From Girardia tigrina (lineage: Eukaryota): a DNA stretch of 64,000 nt. The stretch covers positions 1 to 64,000 of the forward strand of contig MQRK01216646.1 of NCBI GenBank assembly GCA_001938485.1. Direction: 5' to 3'. The notes under the pieces were generated by a model. The model did no database searches. It was not told where the DNA came from and saw only the letters and a program-made list of their open reading frames with translations. How positions within the stretch are numbered: the first letter of the stretch is position 1; each line of letters begins with the position of its first letter. A program made the translations under genes and the position numbers. This document shows, in pieces, positions 50,731 to 63,211 of the stretch.

Positions 50731-52429
50731 GTTAGGTATAAAATTTCGCACATGTCTAGAAAAAAAATTATTTTCCTTCTTTTTAGTGCATTGGTAATGC
50801 TTGAAAAACGTGGTTGTTTTTATAAAATTTTTTTTATTAATAATATTATTTCATTGTGATCGAGTGTTCACTCACCTACGGTCCAATATTTACAGTGGTA
50901 CTCAAGAACAACATCAGTTTCAGAAACTCCATAAAAATATAATATAAAGTTAATTTGGAGAACTTCTTAAAAATACAACATGAAAATATTTAACTAATAT
51001 CAACAAACTAAACACAATCACTAAACATACTAATTCGTGATGTGTTCAATATTTATCTGATCTAAGATAAAAAAAATGTAATAACAAATTTTAGTTTTTG
51101 TCTCATTTAATAAAAAAATATATAGGTTTAAATTTCAGTAATTGTTTTATTTTATCCAAAGTGCTAAAGCTTTTATTTTGAATTTTCGTCTGTGCGATAA
51201 TTTCAGATGTCAAATATCCAAGCGTTTTCAATTTCTTTGTTATGCAGAATACATCCAGTGAAATCCATTATTTTTGTAAACATTAATACATGAATCTCCA
51301 TTTCTGACAACTGTTAAACATTAGATCACAAGGTTTAAAGTTGGTCATATCTTTATTTTTGATGAAGAAAAATCAGGTCAGTCAAAGGAAATTTTCGATT
51401 AAGGTAATGAAAAATTGGAGAAGAGCATCGAATTACCATGAAAATACGGTCAACACAGCTCAACTTTATCGATGGTACAGTCCACGCAAAAGTAAAATAC
51501 ATGGATATCAGAGAATTGTGCTCCATATTCGTACCCCACTAATCGACTGGCGAAATAAAGTGAAAGCGCTGAGTGTGCACTCAGAACAATTTGAACCTGT
51601 GGGACTTCTATTGTGAGACTTTCCTGGTAAATTTCATTAAGAAAGATAAAATCACAGTGAGTATGTATTTGTTGGAAACACACGTGAATTAGCGAAGTTG
51701 AAACTGCATAGACAGAAGCCATCTTTGAAGATGTAAACAGGGACAAGTCATGATCAAGCAATGATGCATTAAATTTTCTTAAATCATAAAGGTAATATTC
51801 TCTTAGATTTTGTGGATAAAGGCATCACCATCAACACTGCCTCTTACATTTTTAGTCAATGATGTGAACGTAATTGTGAGAAGAATGGGAGTTGGGAATA
51901 GAATTTGAGAGATAATTGTCGAATAGAGTGAGAGTAGTTTAAACGAAATTGAATTGATTATTGAAGAAGTTTCGAATGAATTTGCAGAGACTGTTGAGAA
52001 TTTCAAGCTTTAATATTATTCAACAGACTGATAATTAGTTCAATACTTTCGTGGATAATCGAATGTGATTTTAAAAATAAGTAGGAAGGAAAAATTAGTT
52101 TTATTTAAACAATATACAATTAATTTTATTATACGAGTAAAATATTCACCATTAATTTCAGGAGTTATTTGTTTTACATATTATTTTTTTTGCAATTTTA
52201 ACAAGATTTTTTCTGAGTTTTTATATTGAATTCCAATTTGTTGAAATTGAATTAAAAATAAAGTACAATGGAATTGATACTTCTATAAATTGGATTGAGA
52301 TTTATCTCGCTAGTATTGATTTTTATTTTTTAATTTTGAGTTTTTTTCTTTTTTGTTGTTCTTCGCGGAGTGAAGAGACATAACAACAGCTAACTCGTGA
52401 CGATCGCTAGAAAGAATAAAAGGAAGCAG

Positions 52430-52784
52430 GAGAACACGATACTATCGTTTCTCCACGACAATACTCCCAATGCACAAAGCTGACATTTTTCAGGTCGTAA
52501 TTGAATGTGATGTACAGTGCAGATTTAGCAACGAGAAATTTTTATCTCTTCAGAAATCTAAAGAAGCATTTGACAGACATCCAGTTTGGATCTAAAGACA
52601 CTTTGAAGAATTTTTCAAAAATACGTTTTCTGAGTTTATTATTCGTTGGTAAAATTATGCTGAGTAAAATGAAGAATATGTTGAAAAATAATGTCTACAT
52701 ACGTTAAGCTTATTGTGTTATAAAAATGCAGCGTTTTGGTATTCGTTTTGTTTTACAGACCGGGTACTTATTGAACACACCTCG
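52430..52784 (+). mobile_element. mariner 3' fragment with TIR
   Basis: FLHDN, YSADLATRNFYLFRNLKKHL, ending ACTTATTGAACACACCTCG. Confidence 0.75.
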
Positions 52785-52847
52785 AACTACTAGTATTTTT
52801 AAACTATAGTTTTGTAGTGACCCTACATTTTAATTAATATACATGTA

Positions 52848-52888
<41 letters not shown>

Positions 52889-53799
52889 TGATTAATTGAA
52901 TTAATCAATTGAATGAAATTAAAATAAATAAAATAATTCTCTTTGGAAACAATATGTTGTTTGTCCGAAATATAACCTTGGAGACCCTCAGATTCGTAAC
53001 GCATTAGTGCCGTATTGGATGAAATTGGTTCGTGTAACGGGACGCAATCCGCCAGAACTAGTCTAATTCAAAGAGAAAATTATAATTTATCTTGACATTT
53101 CTGTCGTCGGAATTAATAGTGATAACATCCAGTTATACCGTAACCATCAATGAATCGTTTGTCTACCTCCCAAATATCATAAGCTACGGTTTCTTATGAT
53201 TATTTTTAACTTTCGTGCCGATAATTCGAATCTTTATGTGTAACTTTTATCTAGAATTCGATTTAATTAATCAGTCTTTCATTTCATGTAACAAGTGAGT
53301 ATGTTTTGTTTAAAGCACGACGTTATTTTTATGTATGTTGTTACATGTACCACTATTCAAACACATAATACATCGACGATAGGTCGAAATAATATATTTC
53401 TACCGTCCTAAATTAGTATGTAAGTATACGGTACCAGTCAATGTCAGAGGATTTTTGTCGCATTGAGAAAATGAACAAATCGATTTCCATAACACTAGCT
53501 GTGATGCATCCAATCGGAGCACTAATCATTTATCGGGTTTTCTGGTTTAGTCGGTACTGGAAATTCGTCTCACTTGGCACTCTCGCCGACGTATTTCCAT
53601 CAAACTACCGACAACTAAACCACTCGCATAGTGAGTTTCACCCGATGAATGTTTAGTAGCGGTCTAAACATGGAATCAACATTTGTTCAGCAAATCTCAT
53701 GTTGATGATTTCAGTTGACACCTTTTTACTGGTACAGAAATATAATTATTACTGATTTGGGACTCCGGAAAACAATCTATTTATTTCATACCACTAATA

Positions 53800-54307
53800 C
53801 TGTCGCTGACATTTAACAATATCAATGTAGACAGTTAATAATAATTCTTTAATCTAAAATACAAAGAATTAATCAATTATCCAATGAAAAACAAGACACA
53901 CTTACCAAATTAGACATATGATATGCAGTCCTCACACACATGCATACACACATATACGAAATTTCCACGAGATGGTATATCATTTTTGATATTCTNNNNN
54001 NNNNNNNNNNNNNNNNNNNNNNNNNNNNNNNNNNNNNNNNNNNNNNNNNNNNNNNNNNNNNNNNNNNNNNNNNNNNNNNNNNNNNNNNNNNNNNNNNNNN
54101 NNNNNNNNNNNNNNNNNNNNNNNNNNNNNNNNNNNNNNNNNNNNNNNNNNNNNNNNNNNNNNNNNNNNNNNNNNNNNNNNNNNNNTTAATTGTCTAATTT
54201 GGTAAGTGTGTCTTGTTTTTCATTGGATAATTGATTAATTCTTTGTATTTTAGATTATAGAATTATTATTAACTGTCTACATTGATATTGTTAAATGTCA
54301 GCGACAG
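53800..54307. mobile_element. MITE-like fold-back with about 115-bp TIRs and TA flanks (middle in a gap)
   Basis: TA-CTGTCGCTGACATTTAAC...GTTAAATGTCAGCGACAG-TA. One mismatch seen between the arms. Confidence 0.6.
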
Positions 54308-55739
54308 TACCAACAATCCTGAAACAACCTTATGTTGATCATTCTAAACAATAAATTTTCCAGATTATTTTGTGTTATTTAATTTATTTAGTTAATGGAA
54401 GATAGAGATCCACTCGCTCTCATTTTTTATTACAGTTTTTTGAATTTTTTTCTATCAGAAAAGAAAATTTATAAAAAACTAATAATATTGTCATTATTAC
54501 AAACCGATTTGAGATAAAAGTCAATTACAAGTATAATATCCAAACAGAGACAATTATCTATTCAAAAGCAACTTGAATAACAAACTAACGAGCGATCGTT
54601 CTATCATTAGATTCTTATATTTCTTGATCTCCTGACCGACTCTTCTCACTCTTCCGGTTTTGTGATATATCTTTGCATCCTTTTGTTCTTTTTATAAACT
54701 ACTTCCATTTAATTGTTGTTACCAATATTACTAATATCATAAAAACCACAAATTGCTTATTAATTTCTCTCATTTCAATTAAAAAATAAACATTTATCAA
54801 GACGAGAAATATTATAATTTTTTTAATAATTATATTTTAAAGTAAGAAAAAAGTAAATATCAAAGTTAAAAAAACAATGAATAAAAGTGACATTATTTAT
54901 TATTTTAAATGTTAATTTTAAATAATTTCTAGAAATATATACTAATATCTCTATTTATTTTTCGATTACTTAAATAAAAAATTTTTTCTAGGAACTGTCG
55001 ACGTCTTTTTTATAGATCTGTCATAAAATATGAATCAATTAAGGTAGTTTAATGAAATTATCTTTTGATTCTCATCAATCAAATGGAGTTTTTTTCGTTG
55101 ATGATAAATTTCCTCAGATTCTTCTTCTAATAGGAGCCGCCGACAAATATAAAATGTGTTATTTTAAGTTTATATTTAAAAGTTATTAATATAATTACAT
55201 AAAGTCAAACAAGTGACTATAAAAAGAGTAAAAAAAATATTAAAGGCTTTAATTTCAAAAAAGTACATTTTAATATATCCTTTGAATAATCCTTTATAAA
55301 ATATCTTTCCAAAAACGAAAAAGGGAAAATTGCATTGAAAATAAATTAGTAGAAAGTTTACTCACAAAGTGTTTGTTTGTCGACGTCTCAATTTGGGTAT
55401 CAGCAAAGAAGAACGAGACAAATATTCTTTGGAGAATATGAAAGACGCGCGATAAATGACGTTGAGTTTAAGCTAGATTGTTTAGATCAAAGAAGGCTGA
55501 AAAAGGAAAAAAGAAGATCGTAACAAATAAGTAATTTCATAAAATTTTGATTTTTCTATATATATTATTTTTATTAAGATAATTTTTGAGGAATTTTTTT
55601 CTAATTTGATATTTTGTATGTTGTTTGTTGTTGCGTCTACCCGAATGATCGATTTCTATATTAAATATTTGACTTTTTCAAACACGATTTAAAATTCTGA
55701 TCAAGTAATCCCCTAACGCTAACCCATTTTAATTAATCC

Positions 55740-55965
55740 AAGGTTTTTCTAAAAGGATCACTTAAAAAAGTGTCTATACACATGTATTCATCTAGATAAC
55801 TTTCTAAATGACCCTTTCTTTATCCTTTCATAAATTTTTCTCCTGCTTTCATCTTGACCCAATATGACTCAATATTTTGAGTTGTAACACCTCTTTTAGG
55901 CTTCATAAAGCTTTCAGAATGATTTACTGTCTCATCTTGAAAATACATCTTGACATCGCCATGTG
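55740..55965 (-). mobile_element. Merlin (IS1595-like) transposase C-terminal fragment
   Basis: TVNHSESF..GVTTQNIESYWVKMK and HLESYLDEYM motifs. Confidence 0.8.
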
Positions 55966-55974
55966 CGATGTTTT

Positions 55975-56381
55975 GTGCTGTTATTTTGTCGCCATCAACT
56001 TCAACTGGTCGACCGGAGCGTGGTGCATCTTTCAGATGAAATTTTTCAGAACGAAATTTAGAAAACCAGTGTTGACACTGTCGAAGTTTTAATGAGTCAC
56101 TACCATATACAAAACATATCTTCTTATGAGCTTGCACAGCGGTTTCCCTTTGCAAAAATAATGCAACAAACATGACGAATATACTCATTTTGATTTTCCA
56201 ATTTGAATTGACGGTAAAGTAATAAATTAATACAAAATCAATTAATATTTTGTATAAACATAGTCTGAAAATTAAGGTTTTAGAATATATAATTGAATTT
56301 AAATTTTATCACATCGTTTTATATTTTCAAGCTTTTTATTAGGACGTACTCAAAAACGCAATGACTTTTTGGCCAACCCAA
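55975..56381 (-). mobile_element. mariner 5' fragment of the same family as 11496-12790
   Basis: Near-identical to about 12385-12790, including the TIR TTGGGTTGGCCAAAAAGTC and TA. Confidence 0.92.
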
Positions 56382-56384
56382 TAT

Positions 56385-56640
56385 TTGTAGGAGTAAAAGA
56401 AGACCTAAAAGAGTATCGTTAAGAAGCCGAAAAATCGCAGAGATTAGAGAACACACAGGACTAGAAAATGAAAAAATCTTCAGATGGAATTTTAAAATTG
56501 GTGAAATCTTAAAAGTAAGGATCGAGAACAGACAGAAACAAGAGACGAGATATCATGGTCGATAGACTGTAATGGGAAAAATAATGAAATCGAAAAATAA
56601 ACCAGCAAGCCGTAGATAACTCTAGAAAAAAGGAATGCAT
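56385..56640 (+). mobile_element. Gypsy integrase C-terminal remnant
   Basis: NFKIGEILKVRIENRQKQETRYHG parallels RYNIGEWVLIKKENCNKMEVRYEGPY at about 32220. Confidence 0.55.
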
Positions 56641-59405
56641 TTTAAGTTCTAAAATTAAGCAACTCCAAATACCTGTTTTTATTATTTGCAACTTCACGCT
56701 AAAAAATTAAATAGTATAAAAATAGAATAATTTATATATTTTTGAAAATATTTATAAATTAATTAAATTTTAAACTATAAAAACACAAAGTATAAATTGG
56801 TTCAAAAAATATTCCCACCACAATATGAAGATGGTAGCACATATCAAAAAGCCCTTATGTAAGTGTTTTGAGCACACTTTGAAAATTATTTGCAACATTT
56901 TAGACTATTTTAGACGCACCGATTTTGTTTGATAGTTCATTGAGTGTAATGTAGCAATTTGTTTTCTAAAAAAGGAAAACGTTTAGTATCACGTTGTTAT
57001 TAAATATTTATTTTTAAACGCCTTTTTTACCACCGCTAATTAAAAATGAATTAGACGCTCTTCGCTAGGGACTTTACTACATCATATACAATTGTCAAAT
57101 GTTTAGTAGGTGAATTCAAAAGTTAAGGATCAAGTTTATATGACTATGAAGACATCAGCCGCTCACAAACTGCGACCTCTGCAGATATTAATGTCCGGTA
57201 TAAATGGTTTAGGAAAACCTTCGTATTAATGTTAGAAAGCTAAAGATATCCAAAAAAACGTGTTTGATAGATATTAAAATAAAATGTATACATGAAAAAG
57301 TTGATTGCGTGATATGCGTCATGTTTGTTCACTTCAATCCAAATACATATTTGACTGAACATTTGCACTGCGTTGTAAGCGTAGATTAGGCACAATAAAT
57401 TTGACTTAATTAATATAGATAGGTCTGCGTAGATTAAATTGGTCCCAAAAAAATGAAAAATAAATGTTACTTCAGTGAGAAAGTTAATGGCAACTGTGTA
57501 GATTGGATATTAGTAGAGTTCTTTTCATTCATTATGTAAAAAATGGAAAAAAACACAGGAGCATATTATGATCATCAATCTATAAGTTAAAGAAAGAAGT
57601 GGAACAAAAGTGGCAACATTTGCATATCAAGATAATTTTTCACATCTCTTTTTTCCAAAACAATTTAAAATGCAATTAATATAAACAAACATTTAAGTTA
57701 TACTAGGTTTCCACATCAAGTCATAAAAGTGTAAATACAACAACAACAATAATAAAAAATAAAAATAATAAAAATTGATCTCGTCATTCACAACTTTACG
57801 ATCTTTTATTCATTTGCTAATCACAGTAAATACAATCAGAAATGTTACTGACGGATTGGAAACGTGAGTATGCTTTCTTATGGTCATTCAGAGTTCCTCC
57901 ACAAGATAACATAAAGTCTCATTTTGATTTGACATTAAATGTGAAGTATACATTTTAATCATTGAAAATGTTTGAGTCCAGAGTAATTTCCCGACGGTAT
58001 TGCTGAGTAGCAACAAGAGCAATGATGTTGGAGTCTCCAACCGCCATATTTTCCTCATGACATTGAAGAGTCAATGCTGACATTGTCTATAACCACATTG
58101 CTTACATTGATCTCGTCATTCAGAACTTTACGGTCGTAGGATATTTCAACCCATATTGCAATATAATTCGAAAGATAAAAAGACAAAAGGAGATTGGTTT
58201 AAGTTTCTTTTTTTTCATTTAATTTATGATTAATTTCTCAATTTAATAATAACAAAAAATTATTATTATGTAAACTTGTCATATGACTAAAACTTATCTA
58301 GTCAGTTTACAACTTGCTGGCTTACTGTAGATTTGATGCGTATTACATTTTATTTTTGAGAAATAAACGATTTTTTATCATAGTAAATTAATGTATTTTC
58401 AATTTATAACATTTATGTCCTCAATTAATATTTAATTACAATTAAATTATTTGCGGGGGGTTTGAAAAGATCGAGCGTTGAAAATATACAGTATTGAAAT
58501 GACCGCAGGTAGAAAAAGGTTATGGGATGAAGTACCATACAACCGACAGAAAATTGTGAAGGAAATTACCAATTATATAAATTGAAATTATAAATGTTTT
58601 AATTTTACGGCAACTGTCATTTGACACTTCTGGCTCTGTTGAACGGAAATAGATGGAATGGTTTGCCATAGTGTTCTATGGTAGTTGTAGTAGGGCAAAG
58701 CGAGACGTGTTTTTTTCTGAGATATGTTTGAAATTTACTTGAATTTAATTTTTCTTTAAAATTGACCTGAAATTTTTAATTTTTTGAAATGTATTTGAAA
58801 TGACTGTAAACTAATGTTAATAATATTTAAATTAATATATTTATAATTAAAGTATTATTAATTAAAATTCAAATTAGAAAATAAAAAATATCATCTTCCA
58901 AGAATAATTAAAAAAAATAAATAATAGTAAAAAAAATAACATCAGTGTCAAACGTCGCGCATAGAAATGTCACAAAGCGGTAAAAAGGATTTATATGATA
59001 AACTTGATTGAAAATAAAATTTTTTTGATTGCTGTATATTAATTGGAGAAATAGTATATAATAATTTATGATGAGTTGAAATATGGGTTGAAAATGTATA
59101 AGTGTTGACTACCCAACTTTATTGTTAAGCTCCATGTCGTGAATATGAAATCCAGATTGTGGTAGTCTTATAGATAATGATGATCAAATTTTAATTGTTA
59201 TTATTACGTTTTCTAACATTATCAGAAGGATTTAATTTTGTTTTTAGTTAATGGTACTTAAATTTAATTAATTTTAATTATTGTGATTTTTTATTAAACC
59301 TTCGTAATTAATTTTATTTTGTTTTTTATTTTTCCAAGTAAAGTGGTGTTTTTTTACTCTATTAATCCGTTCCTAACTAGTTTAACTGTGTTAAGTAAGT
59401 TCCAC

Positions 59406-59446
<41 letters not shown>

Positions 59447-59470
59447 ACTGCAATGCAAATATTAACAACA

Positions 59471-60110
59471 CTAGAAAAGATCCGTCATATATGACGGGTG
59501 AGCTAAGCTTTCGTCTTTGAAAGTTTGTGTTTTAATTTTTAAATCGTAATTATTATAATTTATTATTTATTGTTTTTAATTTGGTGTTGATTTATAAGTC
59601 GGTCTACCAGCACGGTTTTCGGTACATTTTGTTGGCTTCTCAGTGTTTTTCGTTGACAGAACCAACTTGATGTGGGCTATCTATTTTACGTTTTATCAGT
59701 ATATTTATTTCATTATAGTAAAATTTGAGCGTGACCAACACGCTGTGATTCAGATCATAACGAAATTTCGCAAATTTTTTTTACACTGAATTGATTTTAA
59801 ACAATATAATTAGTAAATAAGTGATAGAAATCGTCATTTATCTATTGAATTCATATTTTATTAGTAATTTCATATAAATTCTCTCGAAATTCCTTCTAGG
59901 AAACATCAAAATCGGTATTATTCGAAATCGGTGTTGATTTAATTGTCGGTCGACTTACCAGCATTTTTCGGCAAAGGTGTTACACCGACAGAGCTGCATC
60001 GATGCATGAGATCCAGATTCGCTCCGGTGCCTCCGCGATTTTGCATTTTGATCATAGCGTTACCGACAAACCAACAAACAAACTAACGAACATTTTAGAC
60101 AAATATATAT
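59471..60110 (-). mobile_element. Non-autonomous Helitron
   Basis: The minus-strand 3' end has the hairpin CCGTCATATATGACGG, then CTAG and a host T. A (TTTG)n-like tract lies near the 5' end and GGTGTTGATTTA..GTCGGTC..TACCAGCA is repeated internally. Confidence 0.75.
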
Positions 60111-60639
60111 TATATTATAAAAACCATTCATTAAACATTTAAAGCAAAGATATGGGTTAAATATCTATGTCAACAGGAATAAAATTCATTTTATAAAGCA
60201 AAACAGGTTACAATTTTCATGGAAACAAAAGTTATATATAAATTTTAAACTGAATTAAGAGATAATATTTATACTTTAAAACAAAAACGTTTTAATATCA
60301 GTAGGATATAAAAAATAATGAAAGTAAATATGCTTTCAGTTTTCTGATGGTGCGAATATCAACCGTCCCAATTTGAGCAGCAAAATCCCATTATTATTTT
60401 TTGTTTTTTTGGTGTGTTATATTCTTAAATATTATATTTATTTTTAGTTTCAACAGAAAAAGTCAAAAAATAAAATACAAAGATCTGACTACAAACATAA
60501 GATTTACTTTCTAAAACTCTTTCTTTACTTTGAAAATAAATTACATTCTTATTTTTTTATTTATCGGTAATTTAATATAATGAAAAAAGTCTTCAATTTT
60601 TAATTCTTCTATTATTTTCAGATTTTTTGATTCATTTTT

Positions 60640-61834
60640 TTCCAACTCCGGCAATCCTTCGCCTGATGAGAACTTTTGAGACAGTTGAAACATAGTCCTT
60701 TCTTTTTAACTAGCTCGATCCTTCCCTCAACTGTCAACTCTTTGAATTGTTTACATTCTGTCAACATGTGATCTGTTTTTTTCGCATAATATGCATATTT
60801 TTATCCCACTCTTGTTTTGATTTTGCTCGTCCTGTCTCACCTAAAGTTTTCCTTCGTTGATTGTTCTTTCTGTATTCCGTTCCTGATTGAGTTGTATCAA
60901 CTCGTGCCACATATGTGCGTTTCTCATCTTCTTTGCCATGTTTCCGAATTCCTGTCAAGGTTTCTTGCACTCCCCTTCTCAATATCGCTTCCTTCTGAAC
61001 CCACTTTAACAACTCCTCGACACTGGCGGACACTGACTGATCTTGTACATGTCTTTGATGTTGCAATAATGTTTCTGGTGAGAGTTTTTTTATTAAGGTC
61101 CGGAGCATAAATCCATCCTGTAGTTCCGACTCCTTCCTCATATCTTTGAATCTAACTATCACGTTCTCCACTAACTCTGCAAACCTTTCGAGATCTCCGA
61201 CCTCCCCCGATCTAATTGGTCGGAATCTCTCCACGTCATCTAAAACCGATAAATATAAACGTCTATTCACACCATATATCGTTTCTAGACGTTGTAGAGC
61301 CAATTAGAAAACCGCTTCTCCATAACCAAGGTTTTCGATCAATCGAAGAGCTGGTTCATTTAAATAGTTTCGGAGCTGTAGTAGTTTCTCCTCATTAGAT
61401 GCATTTGTAATTTCAATACAATATCTGAATGCAATTCTCCAGTTTTCGTATTCTTTGGTATTACCAATGAACATTGGGATCGTCAGTTTTCGAAATCCGG
61501 ACAAGGTTCGTTGTTTAGCAACCTTAATTTCATATTTATTCGATCTGCACTGCTCTGCTGCACTATTTTCTCCTTTAATGAGCATTAATTGCTCCATTTC
61601 CTCATATTTTTCTCTATTCCCTTGAGGTCTTCTTCGATCTCGTCCACTCTGTCTTCTTTCCCCAATCGAATTCCAATATCTTTTAAATTTTTAAAATATC
61701 GAACGGATTACTGTGTACCACCGTCAGAAGTAATTTACATTTTCATGCATAGTTGTCTGTAGCCTGTTATTTCAGCTCCGTAGCGATGTTTCAATGAGCA
61801 TAACATTTCGGGATCAGGACGTACCCCCACAACA
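60640..61834 (-). mobile_element. BEL/Pao retrotransposon 5' part (gag)
   Basis: LTIPMFIGNTKEYENWRIAF..EKLLQLRNYLNEPALRLI..ALQRLETIYG (DUF1759-like gag) and the knuckle GLCFNCLKSSHQAKDC. Possible LTR start TGTTGTGG at 61834. Confidence 0.9.
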
Positions 61835-61939
61835 TGTACAAAAACTTATTTAGGAACAATATTCTATGGAAAATACTTTAAAAAAAACTTGAGTGATCGG
61901 ATAACTATCAATTTAAATATTTCTTTGTAATGTTGTGTA

Positions 61940-63211
61940 CTAGGGTGATTAAAAAGTTTTTTTCGTTTTTCCACTCATATTTTCAAAATAACAAAGCATG
62001 TAAACAGAACATATTTATTCTTCGAAACATGCCTTTATTTTTGATGATCTCTAACCATCTATCAGCCAGTTGCTCGATTTTCGGGTATAACACTCTGTCG
62101 TTTTGGAAGCAAAGAAATTGAGGCATCCTTGTTCAACCTCCTCTACTGAATCGAACTGCCATCCTTTGAGAAAATGCGTCATTACCAAAAAGAGATGTTA
62201 ATCGCTGAAGAAAAGTTGCAGCTGTAGGCAGGGTATGGCTGAATTTTGATCCCCTACAGCTCTTGCAATTTACCTCGAGTGAAATGTGCAGTGTGTGCTG
62301 CAGATTTGTCTTGTTGTAGAAGACCTCGGTTGCAATTGACCAATGCCGGAAAACTCACAGCATAGACTCTGTCCATCTGCTTAGTGTAGAGGTTGGTATT
62401 AACAGCACGCCTCTCTGAAACAAGCTCGTAGTGGATCACCCCCTCAACATTCCTCCATACACAGAGCATAACTTTATAAACGAAGCTTCCTTATTTAACT
62501 ACGGGTTGCGTTGGAATACTAGTGTAAAACAAATGACTCCCCTTGTTCGGATTAGGGAAAAATATCTACTTTTTATCTCTTGTCACGATCCTTCTGAAAA
62601 AAATGTCATATGAATGAGCAAGCAACTCTTTGCAGAGATCAAGTCGTTGTTGCGCTTGAGCGGCTGTGAGTTCGTAAAGAATTTGTCGACACCGTCTATT
62701 GACAAGGTCAAACTTATGAAGATAACGTTGAATAGTGGGTTGTAAAAGACCATTATCTGCTGATAATCTCCGCGTGTTGGTGTATGGCTGCTGCTCCCTA
62801 GCTTGACATAGAGTATCCCCATCAACAAAAGATGATCGACCATAGCGTGTTGATCTTCCAAATTGACGTCCCCACTTGAGAAATGCTTAAATCACAATTA
62901 TGACACACAAAGACTGACCATACTTTTGCCTTCTACTTCCTTCACACATTTCCTGGGCTGCAGCAGCTGCGTTGAAGTTTTTTTCCAGTAATGTCGCAAA
63001 AGAACTCGAATTCGTATTTTTCACTCTCCATAATCTGATTAGAATAAACAAACAAACGTTTAATGAATAAACTAACACTATACAAGGAGATTTTTCATGT
63101 AATACCATAATAAATAATATAAAAATCAATAATGTCAAAATAGAATATTCATATAAAATAACTGTCACATGTAAGGCATAAAAAAACGAAAAACCTTTTG
63201 ATTCACCCTAG
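61940..63211 (-). mobile_element. mariner, full length, decayed
   Basis: TIRs CTAGGGTGA.T.AAAAG.TTTTT with TA TSD. ATG at 63031, then MLCVWRNVEGVIHYEL and LLQQDKSAAH. Confidence 0.9.

Noticed and set aside
50232-50859. Long ORFs spanning N-runs or (TA)n (YIYI...) here and elsewhere
   Set aside because: Artefacts of gaps and microsatellites lacking stop codons.
55820-56188. ORF fusing a mariner HTH to a Merlin catalytic segment
   Set aside because: A chance junction of two truncated elements. The true mariner ATG frame is broken and most catalytic residues are missing.
60663-60695. Hammerhead-like CTGATGA...GAAAC
   Set aside because: It is the antisense of the BEL gag zinc knuckle codons (CFNCLKSSHQ), has no convincing stems I/III, and is not in a Penelope context.
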